A DNA stretch of 33,232 nucleotides, from positions 1-33,232 of the forward strand of contig JAHFRG010000003.1 in NCBI GenBank assembly GCA_023258935.1. The letters run 5' to 3'. A program made the position numbers and the translations under genes. This stretch comes from Betaproteobacteria bacterium. GTDB taxonomy: Bacteria > Pseudomonadota > Gammaproteobacteria > Burkholderiales > JAHFRG01. Of the stretch, positions 1 through 7,422 are shown piece by piece. Position 1 is the stretch's first letter. Each line of letters starts with the position of its first letter. The notes beneath the pieces are model-generated. The model saw nothing but the letters and a program-made list of their open reading frames with translations. It made no database searches and was not told where the DNA came from.

Positions 1-57
1 TTTGACAATCCCAATATCAAAGGCCAGTGCGGGTGCGGCGAGAGCTTTAGTGTTTAA
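1..57 (+). CDS. A-type Fe-S cluster carrier (HesB/IscA/SufA/ErpA family), C-terminal fragment; 5' end lies outside the window
   Basis: Frame 1 translates FDNPNIKGQCGCGESFSV followed by TAA at 55-57. The C-terminal C-G-C-G-x-S-F signature is typical of A-type carriers. The gene lies directly upstream of sufB. It is absent from the ORF track because it runs off the window edge. Confidence 0.7.
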   Translation, partial: FDNPNIKGQCGCGESFSV

Positions 58-85
58 CGCATCCATCGCTTGAAGTGGCCCCGCA

Positions 86-113
86 TTTACAAGTCTCGTG
101 GTAAATGTATAGT
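86..113 (+). promoter_or_regulatory. candidate sigma70 promoter for the suf operon (TTTACA - 16 bp - TATAGT)
   Basis: TTTACA at 86-91 and TATAGT at 108-113. An alternative pair is TTGACT 113-118 / 17 bp / TAAACT 136-141. Hexamers were matched by eye only. Confidence 0.35.
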
Positions 114-133
114 TGACTAAATTGCTCGGGTAT
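109..133. promoter_or_regulatory. IscR type-1-like operator, site 1
   Basis: ATAGTTGACTAAATTGCTCGGGTAT matches 23/25 positions of the E. coli IscR type-1 consensus as I recall it (ATASYYGACTRWWWYAGTCRRSTAT). It overlaps the candidate -10/-35 hexamers. Confidence 0.55.
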
Positions 134-145
134 CTTAAACTGTTA

Positions 146-170
146 ATAGTTGAGTAATTAACTCGGGAAT
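146..170. promoter_or_regulatory. IscR type-1-like operator, site 2
   Basis: ATAGTTGAGTAATTAACTCGGGAAT matches 21/25 positions of the same consensus. It is a near-direct repeat of site 1, offset by 37 bp, and ends 30 bp upstream of the sufB ATG. Confidence 0.5.
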
Positions 171-199
171 AAAGAGGCTCAAAATCAGGAACTAAGTCA

Positions 200-1636
200 A
201 TGAGTGCCATGCTTGAAACGCTGGTTAACCAGCCTTATAAACACGGATTTGTGACCCCCATTGAGGAGGATGTCATCCCCAAGGGATTGAGCGAAGGCGT
301 GATCCGGGTGATTTCAAAGAAAAAGAATGAACCGGAGTGGATGCTGGAATTCAGGCTTAATGCCTACCGCCACTGGCTCACCATGCACGAGCCATGCTGG
401 GCTAATGTACGCTATCCGAAAATCGACTTTCAGGAAATTATTTATTACGCAGCGCCCAAGCCCAAGAAAAAACTCTCGAGCATGGATGAAGTTGATCCCG
501 AACTACTGCGTACGTTTGAGAAACTGGGTGTGCCGCTGCACGAACAGAAGGCGCTTGCCGGCGTCGCAGTGGATATAGTGTTCGACAGTGTTTCTGTCAC
601 TACCACCTATAAGAAAAAGCTCGCCGAGCTCGGCATCGTTTTCTGTTCCTTCTCGGAAGCGGTGCAGGAGCATCCGGAGCTAGTGAAGAAATATCTCGGC
701 AGCGTGGTGCCACCGACTGACAATTTCTTCGCTTCGCTCAATTCAGCGGTGTTCACTGACGGCTCGTTTTGCTATATCCCGAAAGGCACTAAATGCCCGA
801 TGGATTTGAGCACTTATTTCCGCATCAATACCCAGGATTCAGGTCAGTTTGAGCGTACGCTCATCATCGCCGAGGAAGGAGCATCGGTTTCCTACCTCGA
901 AGGCTGCACCGCGCCGAAATTCGACACCAACCAGCTGCACGCCGCAGTGGTGGAATTGATTGCGCTGGATAACGCGGAGATTAAATATTCAACGGTGCAG
1001 AACTGGTACGCGGGAGATGAAAACGGCGTAGGCGGCATTTACAACTTCGTGACCAAGCGCGGCCTGTGCAAGGGCGTTAATTCGAAAATTTCCTGGACGC
1101 AGGTGGAAACCGGCTCGGCGATCACCTGGAAATATCCGTCGTGCGTTTTGCTTGGTGACAATTCCATCGGCGAGTTTTATTCGGTGGCGCTTACCAACCA
1201 CATGCAGCAAGCCGATACCGGGACCAAGATGACGCATATCGGCAAAAACACCCGCAGCCGCATTATCAGCAAAGGCATTTCCGCCGGTCGTGCCAACAAC
1301 AGCTACCGCGGCCAGGTGAAAATCGGCCCGCGTGCGCAAAACGCGCGCAACTACTCGCAGTGCGACTCAATGCTGCTTGGCAGCTCCTGCAGCGCCAATA
1401 CTTTCCCTTATATTGATGTGCAGAACAATACCGGGAAGGTGGAGCACGAGGCTTCTACTTCCAAGATCGGCGAAGACCAGCTGTTTTATTTTGCTCAGAG
1501 AGGCATCGGCGCGGAAGCAGCGGTCTCGATGATCATCAACGGTTTTTGCAAAGATGTGTTCAACCAGTTGCCCATGGAGTTCGCCGTCGAGGCCACTAAA
1601 TTACTCGGCCTTAAACTGGAAGGAAGCGTGGGATGA
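200..1636 (+). CDS. sufB: Fe-S cluster assembly scaffold protein SufB
   Basis: 478-aa ORF with full-length resemblance to SufB (N-terminal YKHGF..., central [20 protein letters not shown]-terminal INGFCKDVF). AGGA lies 9 nt upstream of the ATG. First gene of a sufBCDS array. Confidence 0.95.
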   Translation: MSAMLETLVNQPYKHGFVTPIEEDVIPKGLSEGVIRVISKKKNEPEWMLEFRLNAYRHWLTMHEPCWANVRYPKIDFQEIIYYAAPKPKKKLSSMDEVDPELLRTFEKLGVPLHEQKALAGVAVDIVFDSVSVTTTYKKKLAELGIVFCSFSEAVQEHPELVKKYLGSVVPPTDNFFASLNSAVFTDGSFCYIPKGTKCPMDLSTYFRINTQDSGQFERTLIIAEEGASVSYLEGCTAPKFDTNQLHAAVVELIALDNAEIKYSTVQNWYAGDENGVGGIYNFVTKRGLCKGVNSKISWTQVETGSAITWKYPSCVLLGDNSIGEFYSVALTNHMQQADTGTKMTHIGKNTRSRIISKGISAGRANNSYRGQVKIGPRAQNARNYSQCDSMLLGSSCSANTFPYIDVQNNTGKVEHEASTSKIGEDQLFYFAQRGIGAEAAVSMIINGFCKDVFNQLPMEFAVEATKLLGLKLEGSVG

Positions 1637-2418
1637 ATAACAAGAACATATTGCTTGAAGTTCGCAATCTGTCGGCCGAAGTCGCAGGCATAGAAATTCT
1701 CAAGGGCATCAATCTCGTCGTGAAAGTGGGCGAAGTGCACGCCCTCATGGGGCCGAATGGCTCGGGCAAAAGCACGTTTGCCAAGGTACTGGCGGGGCAT
1801 ATCGATTACACCGTGACCGGTGGTGAAGTGCTGTACCAGGGAAAAAATCTTCTGGAAATGGCCCCGGAAGAACGCTCGCGCGCCGGGGTTTTTCTCGCAT
1901 TCCAGTATCCGATAGAAATTCCAGGAGTGAGCAACAGCGCTTTCCTGCGCCTGGCTTATAACACGTTGCAGGCAGCGCGCGGGAGGGAAGAACTCGACCC
2001 TCTGGAATTCGACGATTTTATACGTGAGAAAATCAAGCTTGTCGAAATGGACCCGAGCTTTCTCGACCGCAGCGTGAACCAAGGTTTTTCCGGTGGTGAG
2101 AAAAAACGCAACGAGATCGTGCAAATGGCGGTGCTCGAGCCCAAGCTCGCAGTGCTCGATGAAACCGATTCCGGACTGGATATTGACGCCTTGAAAGTCG
2201 TTGCGAACGGCGTGAATCACCTGATCAGGCCGGATAACGCCATTATTCTGGTAACGCATTACCAGCGCCTGCTCAACTATATCGTGCCTGACTACGTGCA
2301 CGTCATAGAGGGCGGGCAGATCGTCAAGACCGGAGGCAAGGAACTTGCGTTGGAGCTTGAGAAGCGCGGCTACGACTGGGTACGCGCCGAATTCGATGCG
2401 GCAAGAGCCGCTGCTTGA
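1633..2418 (+). CDS. sufC: Fe-S cluster assembly ATPase SufC
   Basis: Walker [13 protein letters not shown] signature FSGGEKKR, Walker [13 protein letters not shown]. The start overlaps the sufB stop (ATGA). Confidence 0.95.
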   Translation: MNNKNILLEVRNLSAEVAGIEILKGINLVVKVGEVHALMGPNGSGKSTFAKVLAGHIDYTVTGGEVLYQGKNLLEMAPEERSRAGVFLAFQYPIEIPGVSNSAFLRLAYNTLQAARGREELDPLEFDDFIREKIKLVEMDPSFLDRSVNQGFSGGEKKRNEIVQMAVLEPKLAVLDETDSGLDIDALKVVANGVNHLIRPDNAIILVTHYQRLLNYIVPDYVHVIEGGQIVKTGGKELALELEKRGYDWVRAEFDAARAAA

Positions 2419-2426
2419 GAGCGGCC

Positions 2427-3746
2427 ATGGAACTTGTCAACACCGGCGCGAAAGACCGCTATCTCGAAAACCTGCTGCGCGGACAACCTCCGGCCGGCTC
2501 TCATGGCTGGTTGAATCAAATTCGCGCCGCCGCTACAGAACGCGCCAATGCGCTCACCGTTCCGACCACCCGCGACGAAGAGTGGCGCTTTACCGATCCT
2601 TCGCCGCTGCTGAAATTCTCTTTCCAGCCAGCACGCGGAGCGCAACGTCTTGCGCAAGCCGACATTCAGCGCTTTGTGATACCCGAAGCCTCCTCGGACC
2701 GTCTGGTTTTCATTGACGGCATATATGCAGCGGAGCTATCCACGCACTGCGGTAACGAGCACGGGATCCTGGTAACCAGCCTTGCGCAAGGTTTGTCGTC
2801 GCACGGCGAAATTTTGCAGCAGCATCTCGCGCGAAATGCCGATTTTGACAATGACGTGTTTTGCGCGCTTAACACCAGCTTTCTGCGCGATGGCGCTCTG
2901 GTAATCATCAACAAGAATGTCGCTTATCCCGCCCCCATCCATTTGCTGTTTATCGCGACCAAGCCGGAAACGGCAGTTTATCCGCGCTCTCTGGTAGTGG
3001 CCGGGCCGGGAAGCAGGTGCGCGTTGATCGAAGAATACATAAGTCTTGCAGAGAACGTTTATTTCAATAACGCGGTGACCGAGGTCGTCGTCGGCGAAAA
3101 CGCACGCGTGCAGCATACCAAGCTGCAGCAGGAAAGCCGCGCAGCCTTTCATATTGCGAATTGCGCGGTGGCGCTGGCGCGTGAAGCAAATTATATTTCC
3201 GATACGGTCACTTTGGGCGCGCGCTTTTCGCGCCATAACCTGCATGTATTGCAGACTGCCGAAGGCACGCACTGCGTCCTCGACGGTCTTGCTCTGATTT
3301 CAGGCCGTCAGCTCGCGGATACACACACTTATATGGACCACGCCAAACCCGGCGGTAACAGCCGGCAATTGCATAAATGCATCGTGGACGATGCGGCGCA
3401 CGCGGTATTCAGCGGCAAGGTGTTGGTGCGCGAAGGTGCGCAGCTCACCGACTCTGCGCAATCCAGCCGCAATCTGCTGCTTTCAGACAAAGCGCATGTG
3501 GACACCAAGCCGCAGCTGGAAATCTTCGCAGACGATGTGAAATGCGCTCACGGCGCAACAGTGGGGCAGCTTGACGCAGAGGAAGTGTTTTATCTGAGGA
3601 GCCGCGGACTGGACGACCAGGGCGCGCGCAGCCTGTTGACGTACGCTTTTGCCGCAGAGATCATAGACAAAATTCCGGTGGCCTCGCTGGCGAGGCAGTT
3701 GCGGCACACGGTGATGGAAAAAACGCAGTTAAGAGAGAGTACATGA
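2427..3746 (+). CDS. sufD: Fe-S cluster assembly protein SufD
   Basis: SufB/SufD-family beta-helix protein located between sufC and sufS. The tracked ORF starts at TTG 2415 (overlapping the sufC stop). An in-frame ATG at 2427 is equally plausible, so the start is uncertain by 12 nt. Confidence 0.9.
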   Translation: MELVNTGAKDRYLENLLRGQPPAGSHGWLNQIRAAATERANALTVPTTRDEEWRFTDPSPLLKFSFQPARGAQRLAQADIQRFVIPEASSDRLVFIDGIYAAELSTHCGNEHGILVTSLAQGLSSHGEILQQHLARNADFDNDVFCALNTSFLRDGALVIINKNVAYPAPIHLLFIATKPETAVYPRSLVVAGPGSRCALIEEYISLAENVYFNNAVTEVVVGENARVQHTKLQQESRAAFHIANCAVALAREANYISDTVTLGARFSRHNLHVLQTAEGTHCVLDGLALISGRQLADTHTYMDHAKPGGNSRQLHKCIVDDAAHAVFSGKVLVREGAQLTDSAQSSRNLLLSDKAHVDTKPQLEIFADDVKCAHGATVGQLDAEEVFYLRSRGLDDQGARSLLTYAFAAEIIDKIPVASLARQLRHTVMEKTQLREST

Positions 3747-5005
3747 ACAAGGCCACCTCTGTTCGCAGCCAAAAAAACGTCACCGACTTGCTGGATGTGG
3801 CGCGCATACGTGCGGATTTCCCGATTCTTGCGCGGCATATCAACGGCAAGCCGCTGGTGTATTTGGACAATGCCGCGAGCAGCCAGATGCCGCAACCCGT
3901 GATCGACCGGTTGGTGCGGTATCAGACCCAGGAGCACGCCAATATTCATCGTGCGGTGCATACCTTGAGCGAGCACGCCACTGCAGAGTTCGAAGAAGCA
4001 CGGCGCAAGGCGCAGCGCTTCATCAACGCCAAGGACGAGCACGAAATCATTTTCACGAGCGGCACCACCGAGAGCATCAATCTGGTGATGCACGGCTATG
4101 GCCGCGCTTTCATCAAGGCCGGCGACGAAGTTATCGTAACCGGGCTTGAGCACCATTCCAACATTGTGCCGTGGCAAATGTTGTGCCAGGAAAAAGGTGC
4201 AAAACTGCGCGTCGCGCCCATCAACGACGCCGGCGAGATTCTGCTTGATGAATACCAAAAGCTCTTTAACGATCGCACCAAGTTCGTAGCGCTTTCGCAT
4301 GTCTCGAATGCGCTGGGCACGGTGAACCCGGTGAGCGAGATGATTGCCACCGCGCACCAATGGGACGTTCCGGTGCTGCTCGACGGTGCGCAGGCGGCGC
4401 CGCATCTCAGGCTCGATGTGCAGGCGCTCGATTGCGATTTTTACGCTTTTTCCGGACATAAAATATGCGGGCCTACCGGCATCGGCGTGCTTTACGGCAA
4501 GCGTGCGCTATTGGAAAAAATGCAGCCTTTCAAGGGTGGCGGCGACATGATATTAAGCGTCACCTTCGAAAAAACGATTTACAACACCATTCCCTATAAA
4601 TTTGAGGCGGGGACGCCGCCGATCGCTGCAGCCATCGGCATGGGTTCGGCCATGGATTATCTGAACGGCATCGGCCTCGAGCGCATCGGCGCGCATGAAA
4701 CCGACCTTCTCAACTATGCGACGCAACAGGTCGGCGCGATTAAGGGCGTGAGGATCATCGGCACCGCAAGGCACAAAGCAGCAGTGCTGTCATTCCTGGT
4801 TGAGGGCGTGCATCCGCACGACGTGGGCACGATATTGAATGAAGACGGGATTGCGATTCGCACCGGCCATCATTGCGCGCAGCCGGTAATGCAGCGTTTT
4901 GGCGTGCCGGCTACTGCACGAGCTTCGTTCGCTTTTTACAATACGCTGGAAGAAGTCGATGTGCTGACGGAAGGCATCAGGAAAGTACAGAGGATGTTCG
5001 GCTGA
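3743..5005 (+). CDS. sufS: cysteine desulfurase SufS (group II, PLP-dependent)
   Basis: Class-V aminotransferase fold motifs: PLP-lysine region FSGHKICGPTGIGVLYG and catalytic Cys loop RTGHHCAQP. ATGA overlap with the sufD stop. Confidence 0.95.
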   Translation: MNKATSVRSQKNVTDLLDVARIRADFPILARHINGKPLVYLDNAASSQMPQPVIDRLVRYQTQEHANIHRAVHTLSEHATAEFEEARRKAQRFINAKDEHEIIFTSGTTESINLVMHGYGRAFIKAGDEVIVTGLEHHSNIVPWQMLCQEKGAKLRVAPINDAGEILLDEYQKLFNDRTKFVALSHVSNALGTVNPVSEMIATAHQWDVPVLLDGAQAAPHLRLDVQALDCDFYAFSGHKICGPTGIGVLYGKRALLEKMQPFKGGGDMILSVTFEKTIYNTIPYKFEAGTPPIAAAIGMGSAMDYLNGIGLERIGAHETDLLNYATQQVGAIKGVRIIGTARHKAAVLSFLVEGVHPHDVGTILNEDGIAIRTGHHCAQPVMQRFGVPATARASFAFYNTLEEVDVLTEGIRKVQRMFG

Positions 5006-5493
5006 TGAGCGATATAAAACAGTTATACCAGGAAGTCATCCTGGATCACAACAAGAAGCCGCGCAACTTCGGCGCGCTGGACAATCCCAGCCATAAGGCG
5101 GAAGGACTGAATCCGCTATGCGGGGATCATATTTTTCTTACGCTGCAGGTGCGGGACGACAAAGTTGAAGCTGTCGCTTTCCAGGGTGAAGGCTGCGCCA
5201 TTTGCAAGGCCTCTACTTCCATGATGACCACCAACGTCAAAGGGAAAACCGTGGAAGAGGCGGAGACGCTGGTGCAGGAATTCCGCGACATGGCGACCGG
5301 GAAGCTGAACGTGCAAAAGCAGCCCAATCATTTGGGACGGCTTGCGGTGTTTGAAGGGGTGAAAGATCTGCCCTCAAGAGTAAAATGTGCGATCCTTCCC
5401 TGGCATACCTTGCACGCGGCATTCAATTCGGTGGCGACCACCACTACTGAAAACGAAGAAGAGCCGATGAAATCCGCCGGCGTCACCATATAG
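5005..5493 (+). CDS. sufU: SufU (zinc-dependent sulfurtransferase / IscU-like partner of SufS)
   Basis: The ATG at 5005 overlaps the sufS TGA (TGATG). The translation MSDIKQLYQEVILDHNKKPRNFG...NPLCGD...GEGCAICKASTSMMT...RVKCAILPW aligns by eye with B. subtilis SufU, including the three Cys and the Asp Zn ligands. The tracked ORF start at 4873 lies inside sufS and is not used. Confidence 0.85.
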   Translation: MSDIKQLYQEVILDHNKKPRNFGALDNPSHKAEGLNPLCGDHIFLTLQVRDDKVEAVAFQGEGCAICKASTSMMTTNVKGKTVEEAETLVQEFRDMATGKLNVQKQPNHLGRLAVFEGVKDLPSRVKCAILPWHTLHAAFNSVATTTTENEEEPMKSAGVTI

Positions 5494-5510
5494 ATGAATA
5501 GACATGATTC

Positions 5511-5567
5511 ACAGGATTAAACCTAATGCATTGTCCTGTTAATTTTTTGAAATCTTGTTAATCCTGT
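5511..5567. promoter_or_regulatory. 10-bp perfect inverted repeat (ACAGGATTAA ... TTAATCCTGT) in the sufU-nfu spacer; possible operator or RNA stem
   Basis: ACAGGATTAA at 5511-5520 and TTAATCCTGT at 5558-5567, 37 bp apart, with a third TCCTGTTAAT copy at 5534-5543. The downstream arm overlaps a weak promoter-like pair: TTGTTA 5555-5560 / 18 bp / TATAGA 5579-5584. Confidence 0.3.
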
Positions 5568-5592
5568 CCATTTGTATTTATAGAGATTCGCT

Positions 5593-6153
5593 ATGTCAAA
5601 GATATCGGAAATCGAAAGCACTCCTAATCCCAACGCGATGAAGTTCATCTTGAAAGAGCCGCTCACCTACGGAGTGACTCGCTCCTATGACAGCGCGGCG
5701 CATGCCAAGGGTGACCCGCTTGCTTCGGCGCTATTTGCGATTCCCCATGTCACCAATGTTTTTTATGTGGACCATTGGCTCACCGTAACTCAGGACGGCC
5801 AGGCCAACTGGCAGGAATTGCTGAAACAGCTTGCTGTGCCGATCCGCGCAGCCAGCGCCGAAACCCAGTTGCAGTCCCAAGTCGCGCCTGCGGAGAATGA
5901 AGCCGGTGTGGCCGTGAGCATCGAAGACACCTTGCGGCTGGCGCAGATTAACGAGCTTCTCGACCAGCAAATCAGGCCTTATCTCCAGAGCGATGGTGGG
6001 GATCTCAAAGTGCTGAAGCTGGAGGGCAATACTCTTACCATTCATTACCAGGGTGCGTGCGGAAGTTGCCCGACCTCGCTTGCCGGGACTTTGTCCGCGG
6101 TGGAAAATCTGGTGCGCACCATTGAGCCCGATCTCCAGCTGGTAGCGGTCTGA
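5593..6153 (+). CDS. Nfu/NifU-type Fe-S cluster carrier (Nfu_N domain + NifU C-terminal CxxC domain)
   Basis: The N-terminus STPNPNAMKFILKEPL is typical of the Nfu N-domain. The C-terminus IRPYLQSDGGDLKV...GACGSCPTS is the NifU-like CxxC domain. Confidence 0.85.
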   Translation: MSKISEIESTPNPNAMKFILKEPLTYGVTRSYDSAAHAKGDPLASALFAIPHVTNVFYVDHWLTVTQDGQANWQELLKQLAVPIRAASAETQLQSQVAPAENEAGVAVSIEDTLRLAQINELLDQQIRPYLQSDGGDLKVLKLEGNTLTIHYQGACGSCPTSLAGTLSAVENLVRTIEPDLQLVAV

Positions 6154-6473
6154 TGGCGGAATGGGTCACGGTGGCGCGGGTTGAAGAATTGTCGCCCGGG
6201 GAGTGGCGCGTGGTGGATGTGGAAGGCACACGCGTCGCAGTGTTTAATCTGCAGGGAAAATATTTCGCCATCGAAGACGTATGCACCCACGACGGCGGAA
6301 TATTGACCGGTGGCACGGTCGAGGGTGAGCAAATCATCTGCCCGCGCCACGGCGCGCGCTTTTCCATCAAGACCGGCGCAGCACTGACAGCGCCCGCATA
6401 TGAGCCCACGGCGACTTTTCCGGTCAGAGTTGAAGCGGGCGAAGTGCAAGTCAAAGACGAGCGTTGGGATTGA
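6153..6473 (+). CDS. Rieske [2Fe-2S] ferredoxin-like protein (non-heme iron oxygenase ferredoxin subunit family)
   Basis: 106 aa with the two Rieske boxes CTHDGG and CPRHGARF. The start overlaps the nfu stop (TGATG). Confidence 0.85.
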   Translation: MAEWVTVARVEELSPGEWRVVDVEGTRVAVFNLQGKYFAIEDVCTHDGGILTGGTVEGEQIICPRHGARFSIKTGAALTAPAYEPTATFPVRVEAGEVQVKDERWD

Positions 6474-6495
6474 GAAGTGGTTTGGTAAATTAAAG

Positions 6496-7188
6496 ATGGA
6501 AAATGAATATCTGAATATTCTTTTGCGTTTGCTGCTGGCGCTTGTTGCCGGCGGCTTGATCGGGCTGGAACGCAGCTATCACGGCCGGCCGGCCGGATTC
6601 CGCACCCATACTTTGGTATGCCTGGCATCAACCTTGTTGATGCTGGTGGCGGTGTACGAGTCGCAGTGGTTTCCGACCGCTGCCATGGATACCGTGCGCA
6701 TAGACCCGACCCGCATGGCGCAGGGCATCATGACCGGAATGGGCTTTTTGGGAGCGGGCGTGATTATCAAGGAAGGTGCGTCGGTGCGAGGCCTCACCAC
6801 CGCAGCTTCTTTGTGGATTACCGCAGCCATCGGCGTTCTGGCAGGGGTGGGTTTTTACTTTCCCACCATCGTTGCGACGATATTTACGTTGAGCACCTTG
6901 TCCTTGTTCCGCTGGATCGAGGTCAAAATGCCGTCCCAGTTCTACGCCTATCACGTGGTGCGCTTCCCGCGTAATGCCGCCATGCCAGAGCCGGAACTGC
7001 GCGCGCTGATTGCGCAACATGGCTTCAGCATTGCCAACCTGAGTTACCGCTTGAATGGCGATGGCAAAATTTTTGAATACCGCATGACGATCCGCTCCCT
7101 GCGTAGGGACAATGCCCGGCGCCTGGCGGAGACATTGAATAAAATGCAATCCGTGCTGGAATTCCGCATTTCGCCCACAGGGGATTGA
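6496..7188 (+). CDS. mgtC: MgtC/SapB family membrane protein
   Basis: From ATG 6496: MENEYLNILLRLLLALVAGGLIGLERSYHGRPAGFRTHTLVCLAS..., the conserved MgtC N-terminal motif, with 4-5 TM segments and a soluble C-domain. The tracked start at 6400 would overlap the Rieske gene. Confidence 0.85.
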   Translation: MENEYLNILLRLLLALVAGGLIGLERSYHGRPAGFRTHTLVCLASTLLMLVAVYESQWFPTAAMDTVRIDPTRMAQGIMTGMGFLGAGVIIKEGASVRGLTTAASLWITAAIGVLAGVGFYFPTIVATIFTLSTLSLFRWIEVKMPSQFYAYHVVRFPRNAAMPEPELRALIAQHGFSIANLSYRLNGDGKIFEYRMTIRSLRRDNARRLAETLNKMQSVLEFRISPTGD

Positions 7189-7208
7189 CAAGCATCGCGG
7201 CACGGCAC

Positions 7209-7237
7209 TTGATAGCGCCGCCGCTGCACGCTATAGT
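7209..7237 (+). promoter_or_regulatory. candidate sigma70 promoter (TTGATA - 17 bp - TATAGT)
   Basis: TTGATA 7209-7214 and TATAGT 7232-7237 with exactly 17-bp spacing, just downstream of the mgtC stop. Confidence 0.45.
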
Positions 7238-7243
7238 GCCGTT

Positions 7244-7422
7244 AAGGAGATGGCATTCTCCTTATAACCGCCGCAAGGCTGATGATGCCTACACGAAGCA
7301 CCGGATAAAGGTGAGCGTGTAGGCATTTTCATATCTGCTTTCCCCAATGCCTCCAGTTTCTCCCGTTGCCCGGAATCAAGTAAACAGTAAATTTCCCGTT
7401 GCTACAGGGAAAGGAGTTTGAA
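7244..7422 (+). promoter_or_regulatory. structured 5' leader of the cation:proton antiporter gene (candidate attenuator or riboswitch, class unknown)
   Basis: Hairpin 1: AAGGAGA-tggcat-TCTCCTT, 7244-7263. Hairpin 2: ATGCCTACAC...GTGTAGGCAT, 7285-7326, with an inner CACC/GGUG stem, followed by TTTC. Hairpin 3: TTTCCC-9 nt-GGGAAA, 7392-7412, abutting the SD AAGGAG at 7411-7416. The loop of hairpin 1 (GGCAU) is complementary to the 5' arm of hairpin 2 (AUGCC). Confidence 0.45.
7285..7330 (+). terminator. terminator-like hairpin inside the leader (10-bp stem, short U tract)
   Basis: ATGCCTACAC (7285-7294) pairs perfectly with GTGTAGGCAT (7317-7326), followed by TTTCATATCT. The U tract is short, so intrinsic-terminator function is uncertain. 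Confidence 0.35.

Noticed and set aside
1495-2301. 268-aa ORF antisense to sufC (similar case: 989..1339 antisense to sufB)
   Set aside because: It is fully embedded opposite a confidently identified gene. The translation is Arg/His/Ala-rich and low in information, with no recognisable motifs. This is the typical shadow ORF of a moderately GC-rich genome.
3590-4459. 289-aa ORF antisense to sufD/sufS
   Set aside because: The same shadow-ORF pattern: no SD, no recognisable domain, and it overlaps two well-supported genes on the opposite strand.
6400-6495. N-terminal extension of the mgtC ORF (tracked start 6400)
   Set aside because: It would overlap the Rieske gene by 74 nt and adds a basic, non-conserved-looking peptide. 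The MgtC signature begins right after the ATG at 6496.
7250-7267. 5-codon mini-ORF (MAFSL) inside hairpin 1 of the antiporter leader, and an 8-codon ORF starting at 7282
   Set aside because: For the first, the SD-like AAGGAG directly abuts the ATG with no spacer, so initiation is unlikely. For the second, only a weak AAGG lies 3 nt upstream. Both are more simply explained as parts of RNA stems.
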